Source: a virus. Taken from it: a stretch of DNA of 64,000 nt. This document shows, piece after piece, positions 1 through 10,845 of the stretch. The translations under genes were made by a program, and so were the position numbers. The notes beneath the pieces are model-generated. The model searched no databases, was not told where the DNA came from, and saw only the letters and a program-made list of their open reading frames with translations. Position 1 is the stretch's first letter; the number at the start of each line of letters is the position of its first letter. The DNA lies in the IMG/VR virus record IMGVR_UViG_3300028374_000002, positions 16,343-80,342 of that record; one strand, given 5' to 3'.

Positions 1-25
1 TATTTTAAATAAAAAATTAAAAAAA

Positions 26-907
26 ATGAAAATAAAGCACAAGGTTTTAAAAGAATTTCACTATGTTACCCCTAATAAAAAGATAGTAATTCTGAATAAG
101 GGAATTATATTAGATGAATTTGTCTATAAGTTCAAGGATGGGGAAGGGAATATAAAATTAGATAGGGATATAATCGATAATAATCCAGATTTTTTTGAAG
201 TTGTAGATTGGAAAGCTGAACTATATACGTATATTAAAGCTAATAAGATACCACAACCTAAGAGTACTAAGGATAAGTTAGAACCATTTATACAAGAAAT
301 GATTCTATCCTCTATGGATGAAAGTAATAGTGGTGTGATTGATAAAGATAAGACAAAAGAACTAGATGATAGAGAACATGATTTAGATAGAAGAGAAAGA
401 AAAGTAGAGGAGAAAGAAGATGAGGTAGGCAGAAGATTAGAACGCCTTTCTACACGTGAGCAGTATTATAAGAATGACCTAGATGTGTTAGATAGTAAGG
501 AAGATAAGTTAAGAGAAGATTCTAAATTGTCTAGAGAAAGAGAAATAGAACTAGATAATAAAGCTTCTGATTTAAAGAAAAGGGAAAGAGAGATAGATAG
601 AACCAAATTAAAGTCATCAGATTTGGATAAAAAATACAAAGATTTACAGACTAGCATAGATAAAGATATTGAAGAGGTTTCTATAAAAGAAAGCGACCTA
701 GAAAAAAGATTAAAAGAGATAGAAGAATATGATCAGTCGATTAAGAAAAAAGAGTCGGTAATTGAGCAAGATATTAGAGATATGGAAATTAAGAGGGATG
801 AGTTAGATGATTATAATTCTAATATAAAAAAGGCAGAAAAAGAAATAGAAGAATGGGAAAATAAGCACTGGAAGTTAAAAAGAATGAAACAACAGAAGAA
901 GGATTAG
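26..907 (+). CDS. hypothetical protein with long charged coiled-coil C-terminal region
   Basis: 293-aa ORF; residues ~105-285 are E/K/D/R-rich heptad-like sequence. Confidence 0.7.
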   Translation: MKIKHKVLKEFHYVTPNKKIVILNKGIILDEFVYKFKDGEGNIKLDRDIIDNNPDFFEVVDWKAELYTYIKANKIPQPKSTKDKLEPFIQEMILSSMDESNSGVIDKDKTKELDDREHDLDRRERKVEEKEDEVGRRLERLSTREQYYKNDLDVLDSKEDKLREDSKLSREREIELDNKASDLKKREREIDRTKLKSSDLDKKYKDLQTSIDKDIEEVSIKESDLEKRLKEIEEYDQSIKKKESVIEQDIRDMEIKRDELDDYNSNIKKAEKEIEEWENKHWKLKRMKQQKKD

Positions 908-1046
908 AAAGGGATTAAAGGAAAATTATTATATTATATTATATGTATATCATGATGTTGCATGTTTTTGGACAATAATAAGTACTTAAAAGATCTATTG
1001 TATTCGCCTAATTTAAAAAATACATACCTAACACAGTAATAAATAC

Positions 1047-1081
1047 AAAACCCCACTAGGATGATTTCTAGTGGGGTTTTT
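1047..1081. terminator. bidirectional intrinsic terminator
   Basis: AAAACCCCACTAG-loop-CTAGTGGGGTTTT between convergent genes. Confidence 0.85.
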
Positions 1082-1097
1082 AGTTATATCTAGTAAG

Positions 1098-1448
1098 TTA
1101 AATATACTCGTTATTTATCAAATATGTTCTTATGTCTATTAATCTCTTTATTTCCTTTTCTAATATATAATATTCCTTAGTACCGTAGTTCATAATTTCT
1201 AATACATCACACTGTATTTTTATTTGCTTGTTTAAGGTTGATATGTTAAGTGGTATTTTTTTACTATTAATCCAATCTTCTTGTATATAAGAAGGCATTT
1301 TAGAAACTTCATCAAACTGCTCTTTACTATCTTTTATAGAATAGAAATCTTCTGCTTGATTAAATATAGTTACCTCATATATAAGTGTTGAGTACTCACT
1401 ATCTTCTATGTGTATAGAAGATATTATATTTTCTTTTTTAATAAGCAT
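1098..1448 (-). CDS. hypothetical protein
   Basis: 116-aa ORF, start overlaps the stop of the upstream gene. Confidence 0.6.
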   Translation of the reverse strand: MLIKKENIISSIHIEDSEYSTLIYEVTIFNQAEDFYSIKDSKEQFDEVSKMPSYIQEDWINSKKIPLNISTLNKQIKIQCDVLEIMNYGTKEYYILEKEIKRLIDIRTYLINNEYI

Positions 1449-2092
1449 TAATTATTATTGCTATAATAATTAAGATATTCTTTTTCATCTACACTAAGAC
1501 TGGTTATTCCCTTTTTACTTATCTTATCTAATATCTCATCAATATCATGTTTATCCCCATTGTCTTTAACTATATCTTGCATAGAATCTTGGCTACTAAC
1601 TGTTTTACGACGCTCATACATTTTAACTATTAAATCTTCAAAGCTATCTAACTTCTCTCCAAAAGCATTCTCAAAAGTTTTTTTATAGAATAATAAACCA
1701 AATACATTTATTGTATTATTTATTTCTTCTTTAAAAAATAATTCTATAATATCTATAGTTTCACTAACAATAGTCTTGTCAACAATCTGTGTAGTGTATA
1801 TTATTTCATTATTTTTAACTATTGCCAAGTCCTTCTTATCTATTAGGTAAAGTAACTCTATATCACCTTCACTTGGTATATTTAGTTTTAAGTAGCAAGT
1901 ATTCATCGTCCTAGATTTAAACCATGACTTCCCTGTGCTTATCTGAACATAAGATTCTAAGAATTTTCTTCCAACCTTTTCTTTCTCTTCTCTATTTTTT
2001 TTATTAGTCACAGAGTTTACATATTTCACACCAAATAACACACCAAACATTATTCCAAGTATTGAGCATCCAATTATAATTAACATATCCAT
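1448..2092 (-). CDS. membrane-anchored protein with C-terminal DUF6576-like helical motif
   Basis: N-terminal hydrophobic helix; C-terminal DIDEILDKISKKGITSLSVDEKEYL. Confidence 0.6.
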   Translation of the reverse strand: MDMLIIIGCSILGIMFGVLFGVKYVNSVTNKKNREEKEKVGRKFLESYVQISTGKSWFKSRTMNTCYLKLNIPSEGDIELLYLIDKKDLAIVKNNEIIYTTQIVDKTIVSETIDIIELFFKEEINNTINVFGLLFYKKTFENAFGEKLDSFEDLIVKMYERRKTVSSQDSMQDIVKDNGDKHDIDEILDKISKKGITSLSVDEKEYLNYYSNNN

Positions 2093-2102
2093 AGTTTATT
2101 TA

Positions 2103-3194
2103 TTAAATTCTATAAGCCTCTTTTCTCATTCTTACTAATAATTTATGTATTTCATTCATATCTAATGATTTTGGTAGGTCAGAATTCTCAAAAACTTCAT
2201 TTAATAGTTTAATACTATCCTCACTATCATTTATTAACGTTTCCAAATTGACCTTACCTTTCCTTATATCGATAAGTTCACTTGCATTTGAACGCCTAAC
2301 ATTGATACCTTTGCCTTGACCAATCTCAATAGCCATCTCTATGAGCCTTTTACAGTGCATCATATTCTTACCATCAATCTTTTGACCATGTCCCTTAACA
2401 TCAACCCACCTAGCCATATTCCTTTCGTCTAACCAAGTCTTATAAGAGTTATAATCTTTGCAATGCATCTGATATCCCTCTTTATTAAAAACTATATTCT
2501 TTAAAGGAACTTCACCCTTTGGTATTGATGATAGTTTTAGTTCGTTAGATACTACCTCACCATCACTATTGAATTTAACAATTCCTTCATAACCTTCTCC
2601 ATAGAATAGATTATAGACACCTTTGGCATTTGGTATGCTAGATACTCCACATTTTGAATAGTCAAGGCTTTTGTCCTTAAAATATTTCTTAATTGGTAAA
2701 GATTTCCCAAGGTCTAATATTTTAACAAAATCTAAAATATCTTTACGACTTACTCTATCAACTTCCCAATTCTGCTTTTTGTCTTGACCCTTAGCTTTCT
2801 TAATCTGTTGAATTGCATATCCCCCAAAAGAATTAGCACATGCCTTAGTTATAAAACTTTCAGCACTATCCAATATTGCATCAAAACTATTATCTTTATA
2901 AAGAATACAATCCTTTGGTGTATTCAATAGTTCTAATATATTTGGATTATTAGTTGCTAGTAATTCTAAAAACCTTTTAATCTCATAAATAACAATATCA
3001 TTAGACTTATCATTTATCTGTTCAACATACTTATTGCCCAAGATATCATCCATACTTTGTATAAAAACACCAGCATAATCTACATCAGATGTTTCTATAT
3101 TAGTACCATAAGCATGAGATCCCCTTATTGTAAGAAGCAAGGGCTTTGCCCCTGGACACTTATCAGAAATCATTTTTTTTAATTCTTCAACCAT
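2103..3194 (-). CDS. Pol-beta superfamily nucleotidyltransferase (YcgL/RlaP-like)
   Basis: RGSHAYGTNIETSDVDYAGVF (GS...DxD), NNPNILELL, KNMMHCKRL. Confidence 0.8.
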   Translation of the reverse strand: MVEELKKMISDKCPGAKPLLLTIRGSHAYGTNIETSDVDYAGVFIQSMDDILGNKYVEQINDKSNDIVIYEIKRFLELLATNNPNILELLNTPKDCILYKDNSFDAILDSAESFITKACANSFGGYAIQQIKKAKGQDKKQNWEVDRVSRKDILDFVKILDLGKSLPIKKYFKDKSLDYSKCGVSSIPNAKGVYNLFYGEGYEGIVKFNSDGEVVSNELKLSSIPKGEVPLKNIVFNKEGYQMHCKDYNSYKTWLDERNMARWVDVKGHGQKIDGKNMMHCKRLIEMAIEIGQGKGINVRRSNASELIDIRKGKVNLETLINDSEDSIKLLNEVFENSDLPKSLDMNEIHKLLVRMRKEAYRI

Positions 3195-3212
3195 AATATT
3201 TATCTTTAATAT

Positions 3213-3509
3213 TTATTTTAATAACTTTTTAAGCTTTTCTTCCCTTTGCACTTGTGAATAAGTTCTAGTAAAGTTTATTTCATCAATCCCAGCACACCTC
3301 TGTATATTGTCAACTATAGATTTACAATGTTCACACTTACATTTAATACTACTCTTATATCCTGGTTCTATGTAGTAAACACTCATATTATCAATAGAAA
3401 ATCCAACTACAATGAACTCCTTGGTGTGTGAGTTACATCCAAACCTAAAAGTACTAGGCTTGAATGTGAATAAGTCTCCTAATTGTATTTCATTCATCCC
3501 AGTATCCAT
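3213..3509 (-). CDS. small Cys-containing hypothetical protein
   Basis: CxCxxC motif; C-terminal REEKLKKLLK. Confidence 0.55.
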   Translation of the reverse strand: MDTGMNEIQLGDLFTFKPSTFRFGCNSHTKEFIVVGFSIDNMSVYYIEPGYKSSIKCKCEHCKSIVDNIQRCAGIDEINFTRTYSQVQREEKLKKLLK

Positions 3510-3645
3510 TTTCTTTATAGAATTCTGCCGAATCTCTCAACTTGTTTAGATTCTCTTGTCTAGAAGATTCTTTAATAGTCTGAGACTTCTTGGTCATTTT
3601 TAAAATATTCTTGATTAAATAAATCATAGCTTATTTATTTTTTCA

Positions 3646-3653
3646 CAAATATA
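3646..3653 (-). promoter_or_regulatory. Bacteroidota-type -7 promoter element TATATTTG (TAnnTTTG)
   Basis: CAAATATA on + strand in intergenic gap upstream of a minus-strand gene run; recurs at several similar sites. Confidence 0.55.
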
Positions 3654-3672
3654 GTAATTTTAATCAATATTA

Positions 3673-5019
3673 CTAATTGATTTTAAAATTTCTTTTAAGA
3701 TTTGTCAAATCAGTAAGGTACATATCCTTGGGTAATGTTTTTTTTATAACATCTATCTCTTCTTTCTTAACTTTTAAATCTGCTTTAAGTTTATCAAATA
3801 ATTCCTTAGTTAATGAATATATAGGCATTCTAAGTAAATAATCATATGTATTATCTATCTTATCTAATCCAAGCTTCCCAATACTAATTATTATATCACT
3901 TTTTTTAACATTATTTACTTTTAACTTATTGTCTAGTATAGCTTTTATAAACTTAGCCCTATTACTTAATACCTTATATTCCCTTTCTAACTTACTAATT
4001 AGATATTCTTTCCTTTTGTCATAGTATTTCAGTCTAAAGTCTACAAAATATTTAACTATTTCCTTTGAAGATTCAAATAACTTAAGTTCACCATTTTCAT
4101 CTAATGTTGAGAATATCTCATGGGATGTTTCTTCTAATTTAAGTAATTTTACTATATTTTCATCTGTTAATTTTTTTAGTTCACTTCTTTTGAATTTAAT
4201 AGTATAGTCTACATTATCTTTACAATTATCTTCATAAGAAATTATCTCTTTCTTATCACATAATTTGTCCAATAAAATTTCATATTTTTCATAAGTCATA
4301 GATATAGGAAGTTCATACACTTTAATTGTAGTTGTGTTAATCCTTTCAAAACATCCCCTAATGTACCACTTCTTATTATTTTCCTCATCTTGTCTATATG
4401 ATCCGATAAAATTATTTAAAGCAGGTGGAATTTCTTTTATCCCCTTTCCATTCAACAATTTCTGACAAGCTGTTATTATATCAACCATATCTCTGTTGAG
4501 AATATTTGAAGCAAATCCTACTGCAATACCCTTAGAACCGTTTATGAGAACAGTTGGTACAATGGGTAAAAAATATTCTGGTTCTATTATCTCACCCTCT
4601 TCTTCCTTATGTTTTAATAATTCGAAGTCCTTGTATATAAGTCTAAAATTATTAGATAGTTTAGTACCAATATACCTTGATGCACCTGCTTTTGGTGATC
4701 TTAAACTACCAAATTGTCCATCCTCATCTAATAGTGATGCATTGTTTTTGAAATGTTGTGCTACTGTTATTATTGAATTTTCTAGACTTTGATTTCCATG
4801 GTGGTAAAAAGCATCTGATGCTATCTTACCAGCAAGTTGAAATACCTTTAAAGATTTTTCATTACCAGTTTTCCATATTTGGTTAGATACGTGTAAAATC
4901 TTTCTATGGCTAGGTTTGAAGCCGTCTATAACCGAAGGAATAGCTCTATTTTCTATGGTATACATAGCAAATTCTTTATATTCATCTGATAAAAATTCGG
5001 TAATACTCTTCTTTTGCAT
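3673..5019 (-). CDS. type IIA DNA topoisomerase breakage-reunion subunit (T4 gp52 / GyrA-ParC-like)
   Basis: RAIPSVIDGFKPSHRK, YHHG, catalytic ASRYI, NGSKGIAVGF. Confidence 0.95.
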   Translation of the reverse strand: MQKKSITEFLSDEYKEFAMYTIENRAIPSVIDGFKPSHRKILHVSNQIWKTGNEKSLKVFQLAGKIASDAFYHHGNQSLENSIITVAQHFKNNASLLDEDGQFGSLRSPKAGASRYIGTKLSNNFRLIYKDFELLKHKEEEGEIIEPEYFLPIVPTVLINGSKGIAVGFASNILNRDMVDIITACQKLLNGKGIKEIPPALNNFIGSYRQDEENNKKWYIRGCFERINTTTIKVYELPISMTYEKYEILLDKLCDKKEIISYEDNCKDNVDYTIKFKRSELKKLTDENIVKLLKLEETSHEIFSTLDENGELKLFESSKEIVKYFVDFRLKYYDKRKEYLISKLEREYKVLSNRAKFIKAILDNKLKVNNVKKSDIIISIGKLGLDKIDNTYDYLLRMPIYSLTKELFDKLKADLKVKKEEIDVIKKTLPKDMYLTDLTNLKRNFKIN

Positions 5020-5098
5020 ATTCTTATTTATTTAGTTCTATATATTAATTAGGTAATTGTTTTATCAAACAAATGCTTAATTGTTTAATATATAGTAT

Positions 5099-6931
5099 AT
5101 GATTGTTTCAAGCAGTGTGAAAATAAAAGTTAATCCTAACATAAGAAAATATTATATAAGCAAAGGGTATAGCTGTGTAAATAACGAGATTATTGATGTA
5201 AAAACTATTGACTTATCGCCTGGTTCTAATCTACGAATTGATACAGAATGTGATAATTGCAAAGCTAAAAGTTCATCCATTTTTAACAAGTATTATAAAT
5301 ATACCAACTCCTTCAAAGATAATTACTATTGTAAAAAATGTAAGAAATGTAATTCCGAAAAAGCTAAAAAAACTAGGAAGGAAAGATATGGGGATGAGAA
5401 CTACACTAATATAGAAAAGGGGAGAGAAACCAAGAAGAAGAAATATGGCAATGAGAATTATAATAATAGAGAAAAGGCTAAGAAAACCACAAATATTAAG
5501 TATGGTGTTAATAATGTATCTGAAATAGATTTTGTTAAACAAAAGAAAATAAAAACATCACTAGAAAAGTATGGTGTTAACAATCCATTCCAGTCAAGTA
5601 TAATAAAAGCTAAGATAGAGAATACTTGTACCATCAAATACGGTACTAAGCACTACTTAACATCCGATGACTATAAAGCTAAATATGAAACGTACTGTGA
5701 TTCAATGGGTGTTAAGCATTATTCACAAAGTGATGAATTTAAAGATAAGTTCAAAGAAACTTGTTTGGTGAAATGGGGGTTTAGTACTAATCTATTAAAT
5801 GATGAGATAAAGAATAAGATAAAGAAGACAAATATTGAAAGATATGGTGTTGATCACTGTATGAAGAATAAGGATATTTCTTTACTAAACTCTAAATCTA
5901 TGATAGAAAATAGGAGTGATTACTTTGATAGCCTAGGATATACATATTTAAGTTATGACTTTGATAAGAAACTATACGAATTAAAAAACAAGGACTGTGG
6001 TCATAAGTTTCAAATAAATTATGATTTATTCAGAAGTAGAATCAAGTACAGTAATAATAGCTGTCTTAAATGCTATCCTAAAAAAGACTTGGTATCAATA
6101 AAAGAAAAAGAAATAGTTAATTGGTTAAAAGAATTTGATATAGAAATTATAGAGAATACTAGAAATATCATAAGTCCATTAGAACTAGATATATATTTAC
6201 CAAAACATAACATAGCTATTGAATTCAACGGTCTTTACTACCATTCTGATAAATTTAAAAAAAAGAAATATCATATAAATAAGACTGATAGATGTGAAGT
6301 AGAAGGTATTGAGTTAATTCATGTATGGGAGGATGATTGGATAAACAATAAAGATATAATAAAGTCTATAATATTAAATAGACTAGGATTTATAAAAGAT
6401 AAAGTATTTGGCAGAAAATGTGAGATAAAAGAAGTTAGTGTAAAAGATAGTAGAAATTTTCTTGATAGTAATCATATACAAGGATATACTAACTCATCAA
6501 TTAAGATAGGCTTATATCATAATGAGGATTTGGTAAGTCTTATGACGTTTGGATCTAGACGAACGAATAATAAAAAAGAATATGAACTTATTAGATTTTG
6601 TAATAAATTAAATCTAAGTGTACTAGGTGGTTCTTCAAAATTGTTCAAACATTTTGTTAAACACTATAAGACATCAAGAGTAATATCATATTCTGACAAA
6701 TCTATGTTTAATGGGAATATGTATAAAGTGTTGGGCTTTAAAGATGATGGGAACACATCCCTTAATTATTATTGGACAGATTTATCAAAAAGATATCACA
6801 GATTTAATTTTAATAAGAAAAAGCTGGTAGAGAAAGGCTATGATGAATCACTTACAGAAAATGAGATAATGAAAAGCATTGGTTTTTACAAGATCTGGTC
6901 ATGTGGACAAATTAGATGGATTATTGAGTAG
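5099..6931 (+). CDS. putative free-standing homing endonuclease (Zn-finger, KYG repeats, PD-(D/E)XK nuclease, C-terminal domain)
   Basis: CDNC/CKKC, repeated (K/R)YG.. units, ELDIYLPKHNIAIEFNGLYYHS, LIHVWEDDW. Confidence 0.75.
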   Translation: MIVSSSVKIKVNPNIRKYYISKGYSCVNNEIIDVKTIDLSPGSNLRIDTECDNCKAKSSSIFNKYYKYTNSFKDNYYCKKCKKCNSEKAKKTRKERYGDENYTNIEKGRETKKKKYGNENYNNREKAKKTTNIKYGVNNVSEIDFVKQKKIKTSLEKYGVNNPFQSSIIKAKIENTCTIKYGTKHYLTSDDYKAKYETYCDSMGVKHYSQSDEFKDKFKETCLVKWGFSTNLLNDEIKNKIKKTNIERYGVDHCMKNKDISLLNSKSMIENRSDYFDSLGYTYLSYDFDKKLYELKNKDCGHKFQINYDLFRSRIKYSNNSCLKCYPKKDLVSIKEKEIVNWLKEFDIEIIENTRNIISPLELDIYLPKHNIAIEFNGLYYHSDKFKKKKYHINKTDRCEVEGIELIHVWEDDWINNKDIIKSIILNRLGFIKDKVFGRKCEIKEVSVKDSRNFLDSNHIQGYTNSSIKIGLYHNEDLVSLMTFGSRRTNNKKEYELIRFCNKLNLSVLGGSSKLFKHFVKHYKTSRVISYSDKSMFNGNMYKVLGFKDDGNTSLNYYWTDLSKRYHRFNFNKKKLVEKGYDESLTENEIMKSIGFYKIWSCGQIRWIIE

Positions 6932-6950
6932 TTTACTTAATATATACTAA

Positions 6951-7667
6951 ATGGTAATGATTTCAGACACTAACAAAGAAAAAATTAAAGGTTTCATAAC
7001 GAAGAATGATTTAGACTTCACTATCGTAGATTTAGAAGATGAGATTTCCAAATTCACAATAATATCACAAGATGGTATTAATTTCTTTTTCTACACGTAT
7101 AATGATAAGTTCATACTTGTTAAATACGATTCAGATAAGGATAAGGCTGGGCAAATATATATAAATACACATGAATATTATGAGTTTAAAACCATGATAG
7201 AGATGCTAACACAACTCAAATATTATGATGATAATATACCTAAATCATTTTGGGAAGTGACATTAAACTCGGCAGAAGTTCCCTTCAACAAAGGAAGTTA
7301 TACAGATGACTGGCATAAAGAATTTCAAAGAGATGCAGAATATACTAGAATAGATTCTGATGATTTTAATAACTACGAATATATAGTTTACGAAAATCCA
7401 TTATATTCACCAAATATAAAATCCCCTCATAACACGCTTTCACAAGTAAGTTATATAAACTCTGATGAGCAGTCTATAGTTAAAGTCAACAAGCTATACT
7501 ATGAAATTCATCCAATATCTTGTGAGCCAGGTAGTGAGGAATACTTGTTTAAACTATTGGCTAATAATGAAGAAACTTTAAAAGAATTCATAAACTACAT
7601 TGTCCATAAGAAAAAAGGCTTAACTTTGTTGATAAATGATATTTTCAATAACCTATCTAAAACATAA
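6951..7667 (+). CDS. hypothetical protein
   Basis: 238-aa ORF preceded by TAATATATA at 6938-6946. Confidence 0.65.
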   Translation: MVMISDTNKEKIKGFITKNDLDFTIVDLEDEISKFTIISQDGINFFFYTYNDKFILVKYDSDKDKAGQIYINTHEYYEFKTMIEMLTQLKYYDDNIPKSFWEVTLNSAEVPFNKGSYTDDWHKEFQRDAEYTRIDSDDFNNYEYIVYENPLYSPNIKSPHNTLSQVSYINSDEQSIVKVNKLYYEIHPISCEPGSEEYLFKLLANNEETLKEFINYIVHKKKGLTLLINDIFNNLSKT

Positions 7668-7738
7668 TATAATATAGGAACTACAATTATAAACAATAGC
7701 AGTAGTTATTTATATATATCATTAAAATTATATAATTT

Positions 7739-9481
7739 ATGAGTAAAAAAATAGAAGACAAGTACAAAATATTATCACATATTGATCATATCTTATTAAG
7801 ACCACAAACTTATGTTGGATCAAATAAAATAAGAAATGAGCAAAGGTGGGTTGTTGATAAAGATAAAATGACTAAAAGTGAGGTATCATATATCCCATCT
7901 TTTATTAAAATATTTGATGAAGTAATTACCAATTCTATTGATGAAAGCAAGAGAAATAAAAAGTTAAATAGAATTGATGTTTGTGTAGATAAAGATAAAA
8001 TATCTATCAAGGATAATGGTGGTATACCAGTTGTCAAACATAAGGAGTATAAGATATATGTTCCAGAGGTTATATTCGGAAATCTTATGTCTGGTACGAA
8101 TTATGATGATGCAGAGGAAAGAACAGTAGCTGGAGTTAATGGGTTAGGCTCAAAACTAACAAACATATTTTCAACTGAATTTAGTGTATCAACTTGTGAT
8201 GGTAAGAAGTGCTTCAAACAAAAATTCGAAAATAATATGAGAGTTAAGGGAAAGCCTTCTGTTAAAAAAGGAATTAAAAAACATACACATATAGAATTTA
8301 AGCCTGACCTTGAGAAATTTGGGATGAAAGATATAAACAATGACCATTATAAAATAATAGAAAAAAGGGTTTATGATTTAGCAGCATGTAATCCAAAAGT
8401 TAAAATATATTTCAATGGAAAGCAAGTGAAAATAGACTCTTTTGAAAATTATATAAGTCTATATGTGTCAGATTATCTATATGAGTCTAATAAAGGGAAT
8501 GAGTGGGAGGTTGGTGTTGCTTTGTCAGAAGATGGATTTGAACAAATATCATTTGTGAACTCAACTGAAACTTATGATGGTGGTACACATGTTGATTATG
8601 TGATGAACCAGATAATCACAGAGTTAAGAGCTTATTTTAATAAAAAGCACAAATTTGATGTCAAGCCATCAGAACTTAAGCAACACATGTTATTATTATT
8701 AAATTGCACAATAATTAACCCATCTTTTTCTTCACAGACAAAGGAAAAGTTGATAACAGAGGTCAAAGATTTTGGACAAGAGTTTGTAGTTTCTAAGAAA
8801 TTGATAAACTCTATTTTAAAATCAGAAATAGTTAACTCAGTACTAGATTGGATAGAACAAAAGAAACAAGCTGATGAGAATAAACTACAAAGGAAAGTAA
8901 ATAAAAACTTATCTAAAATAAAAGTAGAAAAGCTAATTGACTCTAAAGGTAAAGACCGTATAAAACATTCTCTTGGACTTTATGAGGGGGATTGTTTAAG
9001 TGAGGATACCGATATAAGAGTTATTAGAGATGGTGATATAATAGATGTGAAAATAAAAGATGCAAATGTTGATGATTTAGTCATAACACATAATAATACA
9101 TTTTCAAGTATTTATTCTATGACTAAAAAAATAAAGAAAAAATCAATAATAAAAACAAAGGATATAGAATTAGTATCTAGTAAAGAACATGAGTGGTATG
9201 TATATGATACAGAATTAAATGAGTTTTATTTCGAAAAAACAATTAATATAGATAAAAATAAACACAAATTAGTTAAGAATTACCTAGCATTCATAGAATC
9301 ATTATTAGTTATTGTATATTCGGATGGTAGTACTATTAAATTAGATTCGGGTGATGTTATAGACACAAATGATAATCATAGCTTAGCGGTATATGATAAG
9401 ATTGAAAATAAGTTCAAAATGTGTAGGGCAATTGATATAGATATTAGTAAACATCTACTAGTTAATATTTTCAGATTGTAA
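7739..9481 (+). CDS. type IIA topoisomerase large subunit, N-terminal part (GHKL ATPase + transducer) fused to N-terminal half of a split intein
   Basis: HILLRPQTYVGS, EVITNSIDE, DNGGIP, GVNGLGSKL; extein ends LYEGD then CLSEDTDI. Confidence 0.93.
   Translation: MSKKIEDKYKILSHIDHILLRPQTYVGSNKIRNEQRWVVDKDKMTKSEVSYIPSFIKIFDEVITNSIDESKRNKKLNRIDVCVDKDKISIKDNGGIPVVKHKEYKIYVPEVIFGNLMSGTNYDDAEERTVAGVNGLGSKLTNIFSTEFSVSTCDGKKCFKQKFENNMRVKGKPSVKKGIKKHTHIEFKPDLEKFGMKDINNDHYKIIEKRVYDLAACNPKVKIYFNGKQVKIDSFENYISLYVSDYLYESNKGNEWEVGVALSEDGFEQISFVNSTETYDGGTHVDYVMNQIITELRAYFNKKHKFDVKPSELKQHMLLLLNCTIINPSFSSQTKEKLITEVKDFGQEFVVSKKLINSILKSEIVNSVLDWIEQKKQADENKLQRKVNKNLSKIKVEKLIDSKGKDRIKHSLGLYEGDCLSEDTDIRVIRDGDIIDVKIKDANVDDLVITHNNTFSSIYSMTKKIKKKSIIKTKDIELVSSKEHEWYVYDTELNEFYFEKTINIDKNKHKLVKNYLAFIESLLVIVYSDGSTIKLDSGDVIDTNDNHSLAVYDKIENKFKMCRAIDIDISKHLLVNIFRL
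8993..9478 (+). mobile_element. split intein, N-terminal half (162 aa)
   Basis: block A CLSEDTDI directly after EGD; block B-like SKEH and TNDNH; ORF ends without HN. Confidence 0.88.
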
Positions 9482-9540
9482 CCCCTTCGAGACTATACAC
9501 TTCCCTCGAAAAGGCATATTTTAATATTAATATATATAGT

Positions 9541-10845
9541 ATGGTATTAAAATATGTGTATAAGTCTAGTATTTATCAAGTCTCTATAAAATCCATAGAG
9601 AAATTAGAATCAGGGTTTAAATTTTCAATAAGGAAGAGGTTAGATATATCAATAAATGATTATTTGATATATTTAGGATTTAATGTCGAAAGATGTAGAA
9701 TTTGTAATATAGGAGATGTTCCTATTGTTTTAGACATTAGTATAATAGAAGGATTTGTAAAAGTAAATGGGTTTAAATATAAAAAGAGTATTTATTGCTA
9801 TAGTTCTAATAATAAATGTGATGGTATAAAGATGAACTCTAATTCATTTGAGTTTATTTCCAAGGTCGAAAATATTTCTATTGAAGAAGCCAATATATTA
9901 TTGAAAGAAAGAAATAGAAGTCCTTTTTATAAAGAAAATTGGGATTCTGATAAAGAATATAAGAATTCACAGTCTAGAAACATGGAATATTTTACAAAAA
10001 AATATGGTGAAAATGGTGATGTTAAGTACAAAGAGTATATAGACAAACTAGCATATTCGAATTCTGTTGAACGGTATATAGACGAGTTTGGTGAAGTGAA
10101 AGGAGAGGAGATGTTTAATATCATTTCTAATAAAAAGGATTCGATGTCTTTTGATTTTTTCTTAAATAAAAATGACAATGATAAAGAATTAGCATTGGTA
10201 GACTATAATGAAAGGTTAAAGCATGTAAATAATTCTCTCGATAATTGGATTTTTAAATATGGTTATGACAAGGCTATCGAAAAACATAAATTAAGAGCTA
10301 ATAATCAAAGGGAAACTTTTGCTAAAAATCCAAATATAAATGAAATACATAAATCAATGGGAATTACTATTAGTAATTTATACAATAAATATGGTGATTA
10401 TGACTTAGCGGTTAATAAATACAAAGACTGGTTAAGTAAAGTAACAGTACCATTTTCAAGAGCATCAAAGGAATCATTATTAATATTTACTGATGTTATT
10501 AAGTGGTGTATAGATAATAAAATTGAACATAATGATATTTATATAGGTGATAAAGATAAGAATGAATATTTTATAAGAGATGGTAAAAACATTTTCTTCT
10601 ACGATTTCACAATAAGAAGTAAACAAATAATTATAGAGTATAATGGTGTAATATTCCATCCTAAGAACGAGGATTCGAAATGGGTAAATCCATTTAATAG
10701 AAGCATAACACCAAGCGAAGCATATAACAAACAGAAAAATAAGATTAATTTAGCCAAAACTAATGGATTTTCTATACTAGAAGTATGGTCAGATGGTGAT
10801 AATAATTATGACAAGTGTATAAATTTTATTAAAAAAAATATTTAA
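9541..10845 (+). CDS. free-standing Vsr/DUF559-like homing endonuclease between the split-intein halves
   Basis: KYG repeats; C-terminal FFYDFT...IIIEYNGVIFHP...AKTNGFSILEVWS; position inside fractured gene. Confidence 0.8.
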   Translation: MVLKYVYKSSIYQVSIKSIEKLESGFKFSIRKRLDISINDYLIYLGFNVERCRICNIGDVPIVLDISIIEGFVKVNGFKYKKSIYCYSSNNKCDGIKMNSNSFEFISKVENISIEEANILLKERNRSPFYKENWDSDKEYKNSQSRNMEYFTKKYGENGDVKYKEYIDKLAYSNSVERYIDEFGEVKGEEMFNIISNKKDSMSFDFFLNKNDNDKELALVDYNERLKHVNNSLDNWIFKYGYDKAIEKHKLRANNQRETFAKNPNINEIHKSMGITISNLYNKYGDYDLAVNKYKDWLSKVTVPFSRASKESLLIFTDVIKWCIDNKIEHNDIYIGDKDKNEYFIRDGKNIFFYDFTIRSKQIIIEYNGVIFHPKNEDSKWVNPFNRSITPSEAYNKQKNKINLAKTNGFSILEVWSDGDNNYDKCINFIKKNI

